NCBI GenBank assembly: GCA_946410555.1 | Contig: CAMKAT010000003.1 | Span: 5,007 to 69,006 of the forward strand | Source of the DNA: an uncultured Bacillales bacterium | GTDB taxonomy: Bacteria; Bacillota_I; Bacilli_A; RF39; UBA660 | Direction: 5' to 3' | Length of the DNA: 64,000 nucleotides | The notes under the pieces: generated by a model | Told to the model about the DNA's origin: nothing | Seen by the model: only the letters and a program-made list of their open reading frames with translations | The model's database searches: none | Part shown: positions 1 through 9,472 of the stretch, one piece after another | Numbering within the stretch: position 1 is the first letter of the stretch | How the letters are laid out: the number at the start of each line of letters is the position of its first letter | Translations under genes and position numbers: made by a program

Positions 1-934
1 TTAATTCGTCATAATGAGGAAATATATTAATATGAGTTAATCCTAAACCTTGATAGTATTTATTATATTTTTTATCTAATACTTCTTCCTCATATTCAGG
101 TGGTGAATATACATTTTCTGCTGAATTCATAGAACCTGCAGAAACACCAATAATAAATGCATCTGTTTTTCTTATTAATTCTCTTAAATTAATATTATTA
201 AAGAACTCATTTTGTGTTGGTACATGTCCTCCGCTTAAAAGAATAAGATCAGCATTCTTAATTAACTCTTCTGCTTTAGATTCTGTTCTTGAATCTAATA
301 ATTGATAGCTTTTAAATGGCAGTGTTAATTCAAAAGAATCAAATACTACCTTAGCATACTTATCATTTATTTCGTTTTCATATTCAGTGCTAGCTATATA
401 TAGGAAGTTATCATACTTTTTAACATACTTCTTTATAATATCTAATTTATGATTCTTATTATCAAATACCTTGGATACTTTATTACCAAATTCATCTTTA
501 TCAGATAAGTCTAGTGTACTTGCTAACATACATTTTATATCTTCATATACAAAAGAAAATTCTACATTAAACTCTAAACTATCAAATGTTTTTTTATCTT
601 CAGGACTAGAATATATCATGTCAGGATTATTTATTTCAACTTCTAATTTATATAGGTTATCACTTAATCTAGTTAATTCTACTTTATCTTTTGTTATATC
701 AAAAGTATATGACATTTCATCATCTTTAAAAGAAATATCCCAATAAATATGATTAATTAAATTAATCTTTTCATTTATATTTATACTTCTTGGATCAAAG
801 TCATCATTAATTGTTAAACTAATAAATCTATTATCTTTAAAATAAACATCAATTGATGTATTAGATTCATTCTTTCTTTTAATAAATGATGCTTCAGTTC
901 TAGATACTATTAAGTCTGTATTATTAAAATGCAT
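1..934 (-). CDS. Peptidase E-like / class I glutamine amidotransferase-like (S51 family), 3' part cut by window edge
   Basis: Not in the ORF track. Minus-strand frame starting at ATG 934 (MHFNNTDLIVSRTEASFIKRKNE...) is open to the window edge and contains ADLILLSGGHVPTQNEFFNN...TDAFIIGVSAGSMNSAENVY...NIFPHYDEL, typical of the S51 nucleophile elbow (GxSAGS) and the conserved HY motif. Confidence 0.8.
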   Translation of the reverse strand, partial: MHFNNTDLIVSRTEASFIKRKNESNTSIDVYFKDNRFISLTINDDFDPRSININEKINLINHIYWDISFKDDEMSYTFDITKDKVELTRLSDNLYKLEVEINNPDMIYSSPEDKKTFDSLEFNVEFSFVYEDIKCMLASTLDLSDKDEFGNKVSKVFDNKNHKLDIIKKYVKKYDNFLYIASTEYENEINDKYAKVVFDSFELTLPFKSYQLLDSRTESKAEELIKNADLILLSGGHVPTQNEFFNNINLRELIRKTDAFIIGVSAGSMNSAENVYSPPEYEEEVLDKKYNKYYQGLGLTHINIFPHYDEL

Positions 935-945
935 AAATATCCACC

Positions 946-1845
946 TTATCTAAATAATTTTTTATTTCTTTTCTTCACTTCTTCAAAAGAAGATATTAAA
1001 TTTTGATTATTAAATACTTCGATTCCATCATGAATTAAGTTAATATCAAAATTAATGTCTCTATATTTTTCTCCATCAATATTAATATCAATTGGCTCAT
1101 TTGATGAGATAAATATATTATCAGTAGTTATCTTTCTAACCCCATCACGAGTTTCGTGTTTACCATTTTTCATACTTAATATGGTACTAACCATATCAAG
1201 TTTTTTCATTTCCTCTACAAGATATACTTCCATCATGGAATCATTAAGAATACTAGATGGGGAAACCTTTATTCCTGATCCATAGTATCTCGCATTACAT
1301 ACTACGACTGTAGTAAATTTTTTTTCAATTTCTTTATCATCAAAAGATATATTTAATTCCTTAGGATTATAATTTAGAAAATGATTAGGAACTCCAATTA
1401 TATATCTTAATTTCTTTGGAATTTTAGTATTATGTACATATGTGTCATCATTTGCTATTTCTGCATCAACACCAAAACAAGCAATATTAATACAATATTT
1501 ATTATTAATCTTAATGACATCTACTTTATTTAATCCATCTCTCATTTTAGTTTCTTTAACAGTACGTGCAAAATCATTACCTGTTCCATTAGGAAGAAAA
1601 CTAAGAATATTATTAGTACCTTTAATACCATTTAATACTCTATTAATCATTCCATCTCCACCAACAGGTACAATAATACTCCTTGAAGCTTTATATTTAT
1701 TTAATATATCTTCAGTAGAATAAGAATCTGAATTAACTTCAATTGAATGATCAATATTTAATTCATAAGAGATTTGATCAATCATTTGATATAGTTCATT
1801 AATATAATTATTTCCAAATGAATTTAATACATATACATATTTCAT
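946..1845 (-). CDS. Diacylglycerol kinase catalytic-domain lipid kinase
   Basis: PVGGDGMINRVLNGI and LPNGTGNDFARTVK motifs of the DAGK/YegS family. Confidence 0.9.
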   Translation of the reverse strand: MKYVYVLNSFGNNYINELYQMIDQISYELNIDHSIEVNSDSYSTEDILNKYKASRSIIVPVGGDGMINRVLNGIKGTNNILSFLPNGTGNDFARTVKETKMRDGLNKVDVIKINNKYCINIACFGVDAEIANDDTYVHNTKIPKKLRYIIGVPNHFLNYNPKELNISFDDKEIEKKFTTVVVCNARYYGSGIKVSPSSILNDSMMEVYLVEEMKKLDMVSTILSMKNGKHETRDGVRKITTDNIFISSNEPIDINIDGEKYRDINFDINLIHDGIEVFNNQNLISSFEEVKKRNKKLFR

Positions 1846-1862
1846 AATTCCACTCTTCTTTA

Positions 1863-2444
1863 TTAACGGTGTAGACCGTAGTCTCTTACTAAACTTTTTA
1901 CTAAGTTAGAATCTCTTTTAAATTTTTCTCTTATTAAGTATTCACTAAATTCTTCATTTTTAATTTCTTCATAATATTCATTAGCTAAACATAAGACTAA
2001 TATTTCATATTCACTTAATGAATTAAATGATTTTCTCTTAGAATTAATAAACTCCTTTAATAATTCTTTACTATTTAATTTATCAATCTCACTATAAGCA
2101 TTTAATCTTTCTTCTTTAGTAAATCTAGATAGAATAAAGTCTTTTAAAGAATTATTCTTAAAGAAATTTTTAACTATATCATATTCTTCATCTGTACATT
2201 TTTCATCTTTATATTTTGGTAATATAGCATATATGTGTAATTGATTTCTTATCTTACTATATTTAGATATATAATCATCAGTAAGATCTTCGACTTTCAT
2301 ATTATTTAAATTATTAATTAATTCTTTTTCTTCTTTAGTTAAATATGAAGTAAACTTTATCCACATTTTAAGTGGATCATTTATTACATCAAATGAATCT
2401 GTAGGAATTGAATAAATTTTAGGATTACTTAATTTAATTCTCAT
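1863..2444 (-). CDS. Hypothetical protein
   Basis: 193-aa ORF, co-directional with neighbours; no family recognised. Confidence 0.6.
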   Translation of the reverse strand: MRIKLSNPKIYSIPTDSFDVINDPLKMWIKFTSYLTKEEKELINNLNNMKVEDLTDDYISKYSKIRNQLHIYAILPKYKDEKCTDEEYDIVKNFFKNNSLKDFILSRFTKEERLNAYSEIDKLNSKELLKEFINSKRKSFNSLSEYEILVLCLANEYYEEIKNEEFSEYLIREKFKRDSNLVKSLVRDYGLHR

Positions 2445-2454
2445 AAACTCACCT

Positions 2455-3501
2455 TTATTTTTTAAAAATTCTAAAAGGTTTTAGAATTTTTTCTTTTTTA
2501 TTTCTTTTTTCTGGTAGTGCTTTTAAAGGAGCTTCTTCTACATCTATAGCATTATAATTTTTATCTATTAAATTAAAAATCTCTTGATTTGATTCACAAT
2601 GAAATCTTAAAAATAAACATGATGTGTGATTGAATATGTTACTACCTCTATCAGCTTCATCAAATCCAACTAAATAAGCACATAATAAATAACACAACTT
2701 GACATTATCATTATTATCTACGATATCATAAACTATTTCTCTATAATTTTGATTATTAATGGCTTGTTCATTAATCATGATTCTATATAAATATCCTCCG
2801 ATGTCAGTATCGTAATTATTAGCTAATATTTCCATGTTTTCCCTATGATATTTATCTTTCAAAGAAACTGGATTAATTGCTAAATATCCAATTGATGATT
2901 CTGGAAAAGAGTGAGTCATTTGAAGTGATGATTCTCCATATCTAATAATAGTATCTATATCTTCTTCATGATGAATACTATTAATTGAATCTTTATTACC
3001 AGCTACCATAGCTATATTTTCTTGTACTACAAAATTTCTATAATTTTCACTACAATCTATACTTACTAGTTTTTCAAAATCAATATCATGGTATGGGCTA
3101 TCAATAAATTCTTTTTTACCAATAATCCAAAGTGGATATTGAGCAGTGTTACACTTTTTTAAAGTTTCGATATCTTGAAAGTACTTTGGACTATTCAAAA
3201 ACTCTTTAGTTACTAAATAGTCAAATAAATGTTCCCATCCATCTGCATTATCTATACTTTCTATTGCTCTTAGTCTTTCTATACAATCTTCTTTATTTAA
3301 TAAATCTTTATTAATTAAAACACTTCTAAATTTTCTTCCCTTCTCAGGATCTATATCTATACTTAGAAAATTCTTCTTTTGAAGTTTGTTTAATGAATTA
3401 AACTATTCTTTTATTTCTTTATTATTTTTAAATTCAACAAATAGTTCATATTTATCTATAATTTCATCTAATTCGTATAACTTTATTGCTTCTTCTTTCA
3501 T
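2455..3501 (-). pseudogene. Hypothetical protein gene interrupted by an in-frame TAG (codon 33, 3403..3405)
   Basis: Frame from ATG 3501 (MKEEAIKLYELDEIIDKYELFVEFKNNKEIKE*) continues after TAG as FNSLNKLQKKNFLSIDIDPEKGRNFRSVLINKDLLNKEDCIERLRAIESIDNADGWEHLFDYLVTKEFLNSPKYFQDIE..., in frame with the 247-aa ORF listed at 2455..3198. Confidence 0.6.
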
Positions 3502-3599
3502 TTTATATCCTCACTTTATTAGTCTTCCTTTTTAGCATATACTGCCTTTAGAAGTAGTATATCATAAATAAAAGAATGTAAAATAAATAATTACATTCT

Positions 3600-4133
3600 T
3601 TATTTAATTTTTATATTCTCTTCATTTTTTCTTTCAAATAAAGCTGATCTAGAAATAGATGGGTCATCTATTAGTGTATCAGTTACATTAATATGAAATT
3701 TTACTTTTAATTCATTTAATTTCTTAATTAATTCATCTATTTTTTGAATATTTTCATTAATAATTAAATCATAATTACTTCTAGATAATATCTCTTCTTG
3801 AATTATTAGATTTTCTAACTCTATGATTTTATTAGTTGAATTATTAACGAAATCGCTGTTATATGGAGTATTTGTTTTACTTACAAACTCTGCATACTTA
3901 TGTCTTTCTTCATATAGTTTTGTTAATTCTCTCTTTAATTCATTTACTTTTTCGAATAAATCTATGGAAGCTACATTATTAATATAGTCTACATTTTTAT
4001 TAACTTTGATAGATAACGTGTCAAAAGATACATTATTAATCATAGATTTATCATAATAAATTGCTTCGATAATAATTATACTTTTAAGTTCATTAATTAT
4101 TTCATTAATTGAATTCATATAAACCTCACTCAC
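3600..4133 (-). CDS. Hypothetical protein, helical/coiled-coil-rich
   Basis: 177-aa ORF whose stop lies 2 nt from the 4136..5920 gene; heptad-like Leu/Ile/Lys/Glu content. Confidence 0.6.
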   Translation of the reverse strand: MSEVYMNSINEIINELKSIIIIEAIYYDKSMINNVSFDTLSIKVNKNVDYINNVASIDLFEKVNELKRELTKLYEERHKYAEFVSKTNTPYNSDFVNNSTNKIIELENLIIQEEILSRSNYDLIINENIQKIDELIKKLNELKVKFHINVTDTLIDDPSISRSALFERKNEENIKIK

Positions 4134-4135
4134 GT

Positions 4136-5920
4136 TTAATTAATTATATTATTTGTACCATCATTTCTTACTTTTACATTATTATTTGTTAAGATTATTC
4201 CTTCGGATTCTTTACCTAACCATACATTACCATTATTAAATGTATTATTAGTAACTTTAACTCCACCCTTTGAATGAACAGACATTAAATATATTACTAA
4301 TGTTTCATCTGTTCTATTAAGAGTATTTCTATTAAATAATACATTTTCATTAGTTCCTCTGATATCTACAAAGAAGAAATCATTATTACCATAACCACAA
4401 TTAGTAAATGTATTATCTTCAGCAGTTACATTCTTAGAAGATTCTATTTGTAATCCAAATTGTTTACTTCTAATTACTGTATTCTTCTTTACTTCTACAT
4501 CTTCAGAATTTATTACTTTAATACCTCCACCGCCTTGTGTTTCTGTAACTGTATTATTATTTATATATACAGTATGTCCATTTTTTAATACTATTCCTGT
4601 AGCAAGTCTATCTATATTATTATTAGTAACAGTTACATTTTCAAATGTTGTACCACTGTCAGGATATCCACCTAAAAATATACCACCTGCATATGCTTTA
4701 TTCTTCAATGTATTTTTATTTATTATTATATTAGTATATCTACAACCTTTTCCAAAGAATGAAATTGGTTCTGAGTTTTTATGACCATCAAATGAATTGT
4801 TTTCTATAAGAATATGATCAGCATTACCTGATCCCATGAATTCAATACCACAGTCAGTTTGTCTGAATACAGAATTAATTACTTTAGTGTTACTAATATC
4901 TTTAATCATTCTTATTCCTGTATAAATATTATCTATAAAATAACAATGATCTATAGTTACGTTATTAGCACCCCAAATATCTAAAAGATGAATTCCCTCT
5001 TTATCATCATGTCCTTGATCTCTTGTGTTAACTTCACTATTACCACTTACTGCTATGTTTTTAATAGTAAGATTATTAGCATTACTAACACTTAAGATAT
5101 CACTACCTCTTTTTGTTCCAGCAGCAGCTTTAAGTAGTGATGATTCACCATCACCCATAAGAACTCCTTTAGGGCTATTAGCAGGTATTGATATTCTACT
5201 TGATATTATATATGTTCCACTAGGAATATACACATTAACATCATTAAGATTCTTAATAGCATTTGTAATAGCTGTTGTATCATCATTTGAATTATTACCT
5301 TTAGCCCCAAATTGTTTAACATTATAAGTATTATCTATTGGTATTAAAGAAGCTACTAAATCATTATTAAGTAATATATATTTACCATTATCAATAACTT
5401 GATTAGATTTAGCTTCAACTCTATAGTATCCTTCACCACCATCATTAGCACTATAATAACCATTAGTATGTATTGTTTTACCAACACTTAAATTAGATTC
5501 TTTTAACTCATCTATATTATTAACTATCTTATCTACATTCATTCTTAATTTAGTTGTAGGTTCCGTTTTTGGTACTGTTGGTTTTGTAGTAATTACTTTA
5601 GTTATAACTTCACCAGTTTCAGGATTTGTAGTAGTTGTAAGTACTTCACCTGTATCTGAATCTATAACTACAGTTATTTCTTCACCAGTTTCTTCATCTA
5701 TAATTGTAGCAATTGTATTTCCTGATTCATTAGTAATAGTCGTTCCATTTATATTAATTGAAGTTGTTTCACCATCAGTCTTAGGATTTAATTCTTTATT
5801 TCTACTTTTATAAATATTACATAATACAAAAGTAAATATAAATAAAGAAGTTAAAAATATAATGGTAGATAATATCCATTGTACATTTTTATTATTTAAA
5901 AGCCCTTTGATGTTTTTCAT
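4136..5920 (-). CDS. Membrane-anchored right-handed beta-helix protein with tailspike-like module
   Basis: N-terminal TM (IFLTSLFIFTFVLC), TGEE/TGEV linker repeats, then NDGGEGYYRVE...YNVKQFGAKGNNSNDDTTAITNAIKNL...VYIPSGTYIISS and successive N-rich beta-helix coils. Confidence 0.8.
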   Translation of the reverse strand: MKNIKGLLNNKNVQWILSTIIFLTSLFIFTFVLCNIYKSRNKELNPKTDGETTSININGTTITNESGNTIATIIDEETGEEITVVIDSDTGEVLTTTTNPETGEVITKVITTKPTVPKTEPTTKLRMNVDKIVNNIDELKESNLSVGKTIHTNGYYSANDGGEGYYRVEAKSNQVIDNGKYILLNNDLVASLIPIDNTYNVKQFGAKGNNSNDDTTAITNAIKNLNDVNVYIPSGTYIISSRISIPANSPKGVLMGDGESSLLKAAAGTKRGSDILSVSNANNLTIKNIAVSGNSEVNTRDQGHDDKEGIHLLDIWGANNVTIDHCYFIDNIYTGIRMIKDISNTKVINSVFRQTDCGIEFMGSGNADHILIENNSFDGHKNSEPISFFGKGCRYTNIIINKNTLKNKAYAGGIFLGGYPDSGTTFENVTVTNNNIDRLATGIVLKNGHTVYINNNTVTETQGGGGIKVINSEDVEVKKNTVIRSKQFGLQIESSKNVTAEDNTFTNCGYGNNDFFFVDIRGTNENVLFNRNTLNRTDETLVIYLMSVHSKGGVKVTNNTFNNGNVWLGKESEGIILTNNNVKVRNDGTNNIIN

Positions 5921-6012
5921 GTTATCACCATACCCTTACTATAAGTTTACTATAGATAATTATTTATATCACTAAATATGTAAAGTATAAGCTTATCTTT
6001 CGATAAGTACTT

Positions 6013-6552
6013 CTATTTATTCATAAGATTTAGCGAATCATCAATTGATTCAAAAAGAACTATATCTGCTTTATATATTCCAACATCTTTTATTGTATAA
6101 TCAAATGATTTATCTATTTTTCCTAAATACTTTTTATAAAAATTAATTGTTTTATTACCTGCTAAGCATTCAAGTTTAACTTTTTTATAACCAAAGCTTT
6201 TAAGTGTTTCAAAACCTATTTTGAAAAGGTTTTTACCTATTCCAAAACCTTGATAATCTTTTAAAACATAAATAGCTCCGATTTCGCCGTAGTCTTTGTA
6301 TGCTTCATCACTTTGTCTTTCTGCAGTCATAATTCCAACTACTTTACCATCATGTATAGCAACAAAATATTTGCCATTTATTATATCTAAATATTTTCTA
6401 GTTCTTTCTGCCCTTTCTACGTATTTATCAACTCTATTCTTTAAATAATTAATATCTATTATTTCAGAATAAGATTCTAACCAACTTTGAGCAGATACAT
6501 AACTTATCCCAATAGCATCTTCATGTGTTGCTTCTTTATATATTATATTCAT
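6013..6552 (-). CDS. GNAT family N-acetyltransferase
   Basis: GEIGAIYVLKDYQGFGIGKNLFKIGFETLKSFGYKKVKLECLAGNKTINFYKKY acetyl-CoA binding signature. Confidence 0.9.
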   Translation of the reverse strand: MNIIYKEATHEDAIGISYVSAQSWLESYSEIIDINYLKNRVDKYVERAERTRKYLDIINGKYFVAIHDGKVVGIMTAERQSDEAYKDYGEIGAIYVLKDYQGFGIGKNLFKIGFETLKSFGYKKVKLECLAGNKTINFYKKYLGKIDKSFDYTIKDVGIYKADIVLFESIDDSLNLMNK

Positions 6553-6561
6553 AGTGTACTC

Positions 6562-7230
6562 CTAACGTCCTTTTGCTTTTCTTACTAAACTTAATACTAA
6601 AGCACTTTTTTCAAACTTTTCTTCGTTTTCAAAGTCAGGATACACTAACTCATGTTTAGCTGCAAACATTAATTGATTATAATCTAAAGTATTGATTAAA
6701 TCTAAATTCATCATTTTGAAAAAGTCTTCATTGTAATCCCATTCAGTTAAATATTCTAAATTCAATAGTTCTTTTGATAATAAAGGTTGAAGATTAGAGA
6801 GTTCTCCATCAAGTAAGATGTTATCATCTGTTACATATTGATTATGACGTCTATAATGACCTCCGGTTAAAAGATAAGTATAGTCTGTATTATCTAGTTT
6901 AGTGTGAAACGCTTTATCTACTCCCGGATTTCCAAAGATATAAAAAGGTCTTACATCATCATATTTACCTTTAAGATAATTTTCTATTACTTCTTTATTA
7001 TTAGTTAATTCTATATAACTATATTTTTCTTTTTCTTCATCGAAGTGATCAATAGCATTGAATTTTATATGAGTACCATTTAAATATTCTTCGATTTGTT
7101 CATCGTTAGTATGTATAATAGCAGTTCTTATATTTTCCATTCTATCTTCTTTAAATTTTCTTAATGCATCTTGATCAAATGAAGTTTTATATACTTTAAT
7201 TTTATTATTTACTTTATCATATAAAAACAT
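6562..7230 (-). CDS. Hypothetical protein
   Basis: 222-aa ORF, 9 nt upstream of the GNAT gene; no family recognised. Confidence 0.6.
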   Translation of the reverse strand: MFLYDKVNNKIKVYKTSFDQDALRKFKEDRMENIRTAIIHTNDEQIEEYLNGTHIKFNAIDHFDEEKEKYSYIELTNNKEVIENYLKGKYDDVRPFYIFGNPGVDKAFHTKLDNTDYTYLLTGGHYRRHNQYVTDDNILLDGELSNLQPLLSKELLNLEYLTEWDYNEDFFKMMNLDLINTLDYNQLMFAAKHELVYPDFENEEKFEKSALVLSLVRKAKGR

Positions 7231-7294
7231 AATAATTATCCTTTCTTTAAGTTCCTTTTCTTTATTCCAATTAATTTATTATTACTCTCGTTAC

Positions 7295-7360
7295 TTAAAA
7301 CTTTTTTTCTTCTTCAGTTGCTCCTAACCAACCTACTGTAACCCATAATTCTAATGTCAT
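7295..7360 (-). CDS. Putative 21-aa peptide MTLELWVTVGWLGATEEEKKF
   Basis: ATG 7360 preceded by GGAGGG Shine-Dalgarno (GGAGGGTTGTTTATG) and an extended -10 TGTTATACT (plus-strand 7383..7391). TAA at 7295..7297. Confidence 0.45.
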   Translation of the reverse strand: MTLELWVTVGWLGATEEEKKF

Positions 7361-7392
7361 AAACAACCCTCCATCTTTATTTAGTATAACAT

Positions 7393-7419
7393 AAAAGACG
7401 GAATTATTTTCCGTCTTTT
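7393..7419. terminator. Strong hairpin with A/T flanks, usable on either strand
   Basis: AAAAGACGGAA-TTATT-TTCCGTCTTTT, 11-bp perfect arms. Confidence 0.7.
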
Positions 7420-7533
7420 TTATATAATTTATTAATATCATTATTTAATCAATTTAATATACACATATTACCATCCATTAAATAAATATTATATATTAAA
7501 TGAATTAATAATAAAAGAAAAAAGAAGAGTTAC

Positions 7534-8610
7534 TTACTCTTCTATTACTCTGTCTAAAGATTTAAAGCTATTTACTATTTTTGTAACTTCATCCATAGAT
7601 AAAACATTTTCAAAATCAACTATTCTTATAACATAAGTATTATTAAAAGTCTTTTCTTGATTAACTACTTTATTAATTTGCTTTTGTTCATATTCACCAT
7701 GTATTTCTATTATTTTCCTATCAGGATTTTTATAATTATATACGTTATATATACTGTTGTTAATGGTACCGTTTACTATATGTGATTCTATTGAAGCAGC
7801 ACCACTGTCAGGATATATAGCAAAATTATCAGTTAGTAATCTAAATAATCTTATATCGTATAATTTAGAGAATATATTTATATTTTTTATTTCAAGATAT
7901 TGTTTTTCTAATCTATAATAATTAGCATTTTTATCTTTATAATTAAAATCTTCATCTGGTAATACAAGTTGTTCAAACTCTTCATCATTAGTACATACTT
8001 TTATATAAGCATCATTATCACGTTTATCTCTATAGTTCTTAATAAATAATCTACATCCATTTTCAACAATATCAGATTTAGTTATATCATTTTCTACTTT
8101 AAAATCATTTGGAATATAAACCATAAAGTCGTCTAGAATGTTTTGATTAGCTAAATTATTTTGATTAAAATCATCATAATATACTTTTCTAAAACTTAAA
8201 TCATCTTTTCTTATTTCAATATTGTCTATTGAATAATATCTATAAAAATTAACTACTTTAAAAACAATTGGAACTATAATAGCTAATACTATAATAATTA
8301 TCATAATTATTTTTAATAACTTTTTATTATTATTCTTAACTTTATAATTAATACTTTTAATTACATTCTCTTCAAGTTTCTTTTGATAAGTTTTTTCATC
8401 TAATGCTTCACCTGATAAGAACTCATTAATAGTGATATCCAATTCATTACATAAATCATTAATTAAAGCGTAGTCAGGTAGACATACACCATTTTCCCAT
8501 TTACTTATAGTTCGGTTGCTTACTCTAAGGCGAGTTGCCAATTCTTCTTGAGTAAGATCTTTTTCTTTTCTTTTTTCTTTAATAAATTTTCCTATTTTTT
8601 CTTGATTCAT
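7534..8610 (-). CDS. XRE-family HTH transcriptional regulator with C-terminal membrane-anchored extracytoplasmic domain
   Basis: KIGKFIKEKRKEKDLTQEELATRLRVSNRTISKWENGVCLPDYALINDLCNELDITINEFLSG, then a TM segment LLKIIMIIIIVLAIIVPIVFKV. Confidence 0.88.
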   Translation of the reverse strand: MNQEKIGKFIKEKRKEKDLTQEELATRLRVSNRTISKWENGVCLPDYALINDLCNELDITINEFLSGEALDEKTYQKKLEENVIKSINYKVKNNNKKLLKIIMIIIIVLAIIVPIVFKVVNFYRYYSIDNIEIRKDDLSFRKVYYDDFNQNNLANQNILDDFMVYIPNDFKVENDITKSDIVENGCRLFIKNYRDKRDNDAYIKVCTNDEEFEQLVLPDEDFNYKDKNANYYRLEKQYLEIKNINIFSKLYDIRLFRLLTDNFAIYPDSGAASIESHIVNGTINNSIYNVYNYKNPDRKIIEIHGEYEQKQINKVVNQEKTFNNTYVIRIVDFENVLSMDEVTKIVNSFKSLDRVIEE

Positions 8611-8723
8611 TTTACCTCTTCCTTCTTATTGCTAGCATAAATAAAATTTATCAAATTTATATTATTTTTAACACGAACTAAAAAGAGAATTTAACAAAAT
8701 TGTAAATTCTCTTTTTTAGAGAT

Positions 8724-9416
8724 TTATCTTCTTTTAGATTGCAATAAATCATACATTAAAATTGAACTATCAACAAATAATTCATGTGAAGGATCATGTT
8801 CTTGAGCTTCAATCATTCTTTGTTTTATTTCATCATATGGAGGAACATATACGCCTTGATATTCAGCAATCTCTCTTATTTTGCTTTCTAAGTTAGGATG
8901 TGCAAATATCCATTTTGCATAATGAAAAGCATCATAAGTTTTGTGTTCGTTATATACATAATTTTTTAGTTTATCTACCAAATCAGAATCATCTTCTGGA
9001 ATATAATTTGGTCTATCTGGATAATAGTAAATATTTATATAACCATATTCCTCAAGTTCATTTAACTTTTCATAAAGATTAGGTATGTATTCCTCATAGG
9101 CTACATCTACGCTTTCTTTAGATACGACTTCATTAAACCCAGTATGAATGTCTTTGAAAGACTCGCTAGGCAATGTGTAGATTGATGCATCATTTGCATA
9201 CATTTTATCTAATGCATTAGGAATTCTTTCTACTAAATCATAGTGCCCGTTTCCATCTCCACTTAATGTATATGTAATGTCACTACCACAACATTTAGAC
9301 ATAAGTATAGCAACAATTTTATTTGGAGTTGCATATAAGTAATTACCGTGTGTTGATTCATGTGGTTTAAGTGTTTTTAAATTATGTATTTTACTTCCAT
9401 GATAAACATATTCCAT
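8724..9416 (-). CDS. Hypothetical protein with possible ADP-ribosyltransferase-like N-terminus
   Basis: YVYHGSKIHNLKTLKPHESTHGNYLYATPNKIVAI resembles the YHGS...LxP...YLYAT pattern of ART-fold proteins; weak assignment. Confidence 0.5.
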   Translation of the reverse strand: MEYVYHGSKIHNLKTLKPHESTHGNYLYATPNKIVAILMSKCCGSDITYTLSGDGNGHYDLVERIPNALDKMYANDASIYTLPSESFKDIHTGFNEVVSKESVDVAYEEYIPNLYEKLNELEEYGYINIYYYPDRPNYIPEDDSDLVDKLKNYVYNEHKTYDAFHYAKWIFAHPNLESKIREIAEYQGVYVPPYDEIKQRMIEAQEHDPSHELFVDSSILMYDLLQSKRR

Positions 9417-9472
9417 ATTCTCACCTCTTGATTATTATAACATGAAATAAAAAGAACTAATAAAAATTAGTT

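Noticed and set aside
471-746. Plus-strand 91-aa ORF
   Set aside because: Antisense to the S51 peptidase-like gene, which has clear family motifs.
3403-3405. TAG reassigned to an amino acid genome-wide
   Set aside because: 16274..17662 ends properly with TAG directly before the next gene, so TAG acts as a stop in this window.
4136-5920. Prophage remnant suggested by the tailspike-like beta-helix
   Set aside because: No capsid, terminase, integrase or lysis genes nearby and the protein has an N-terminal membrane anchor.
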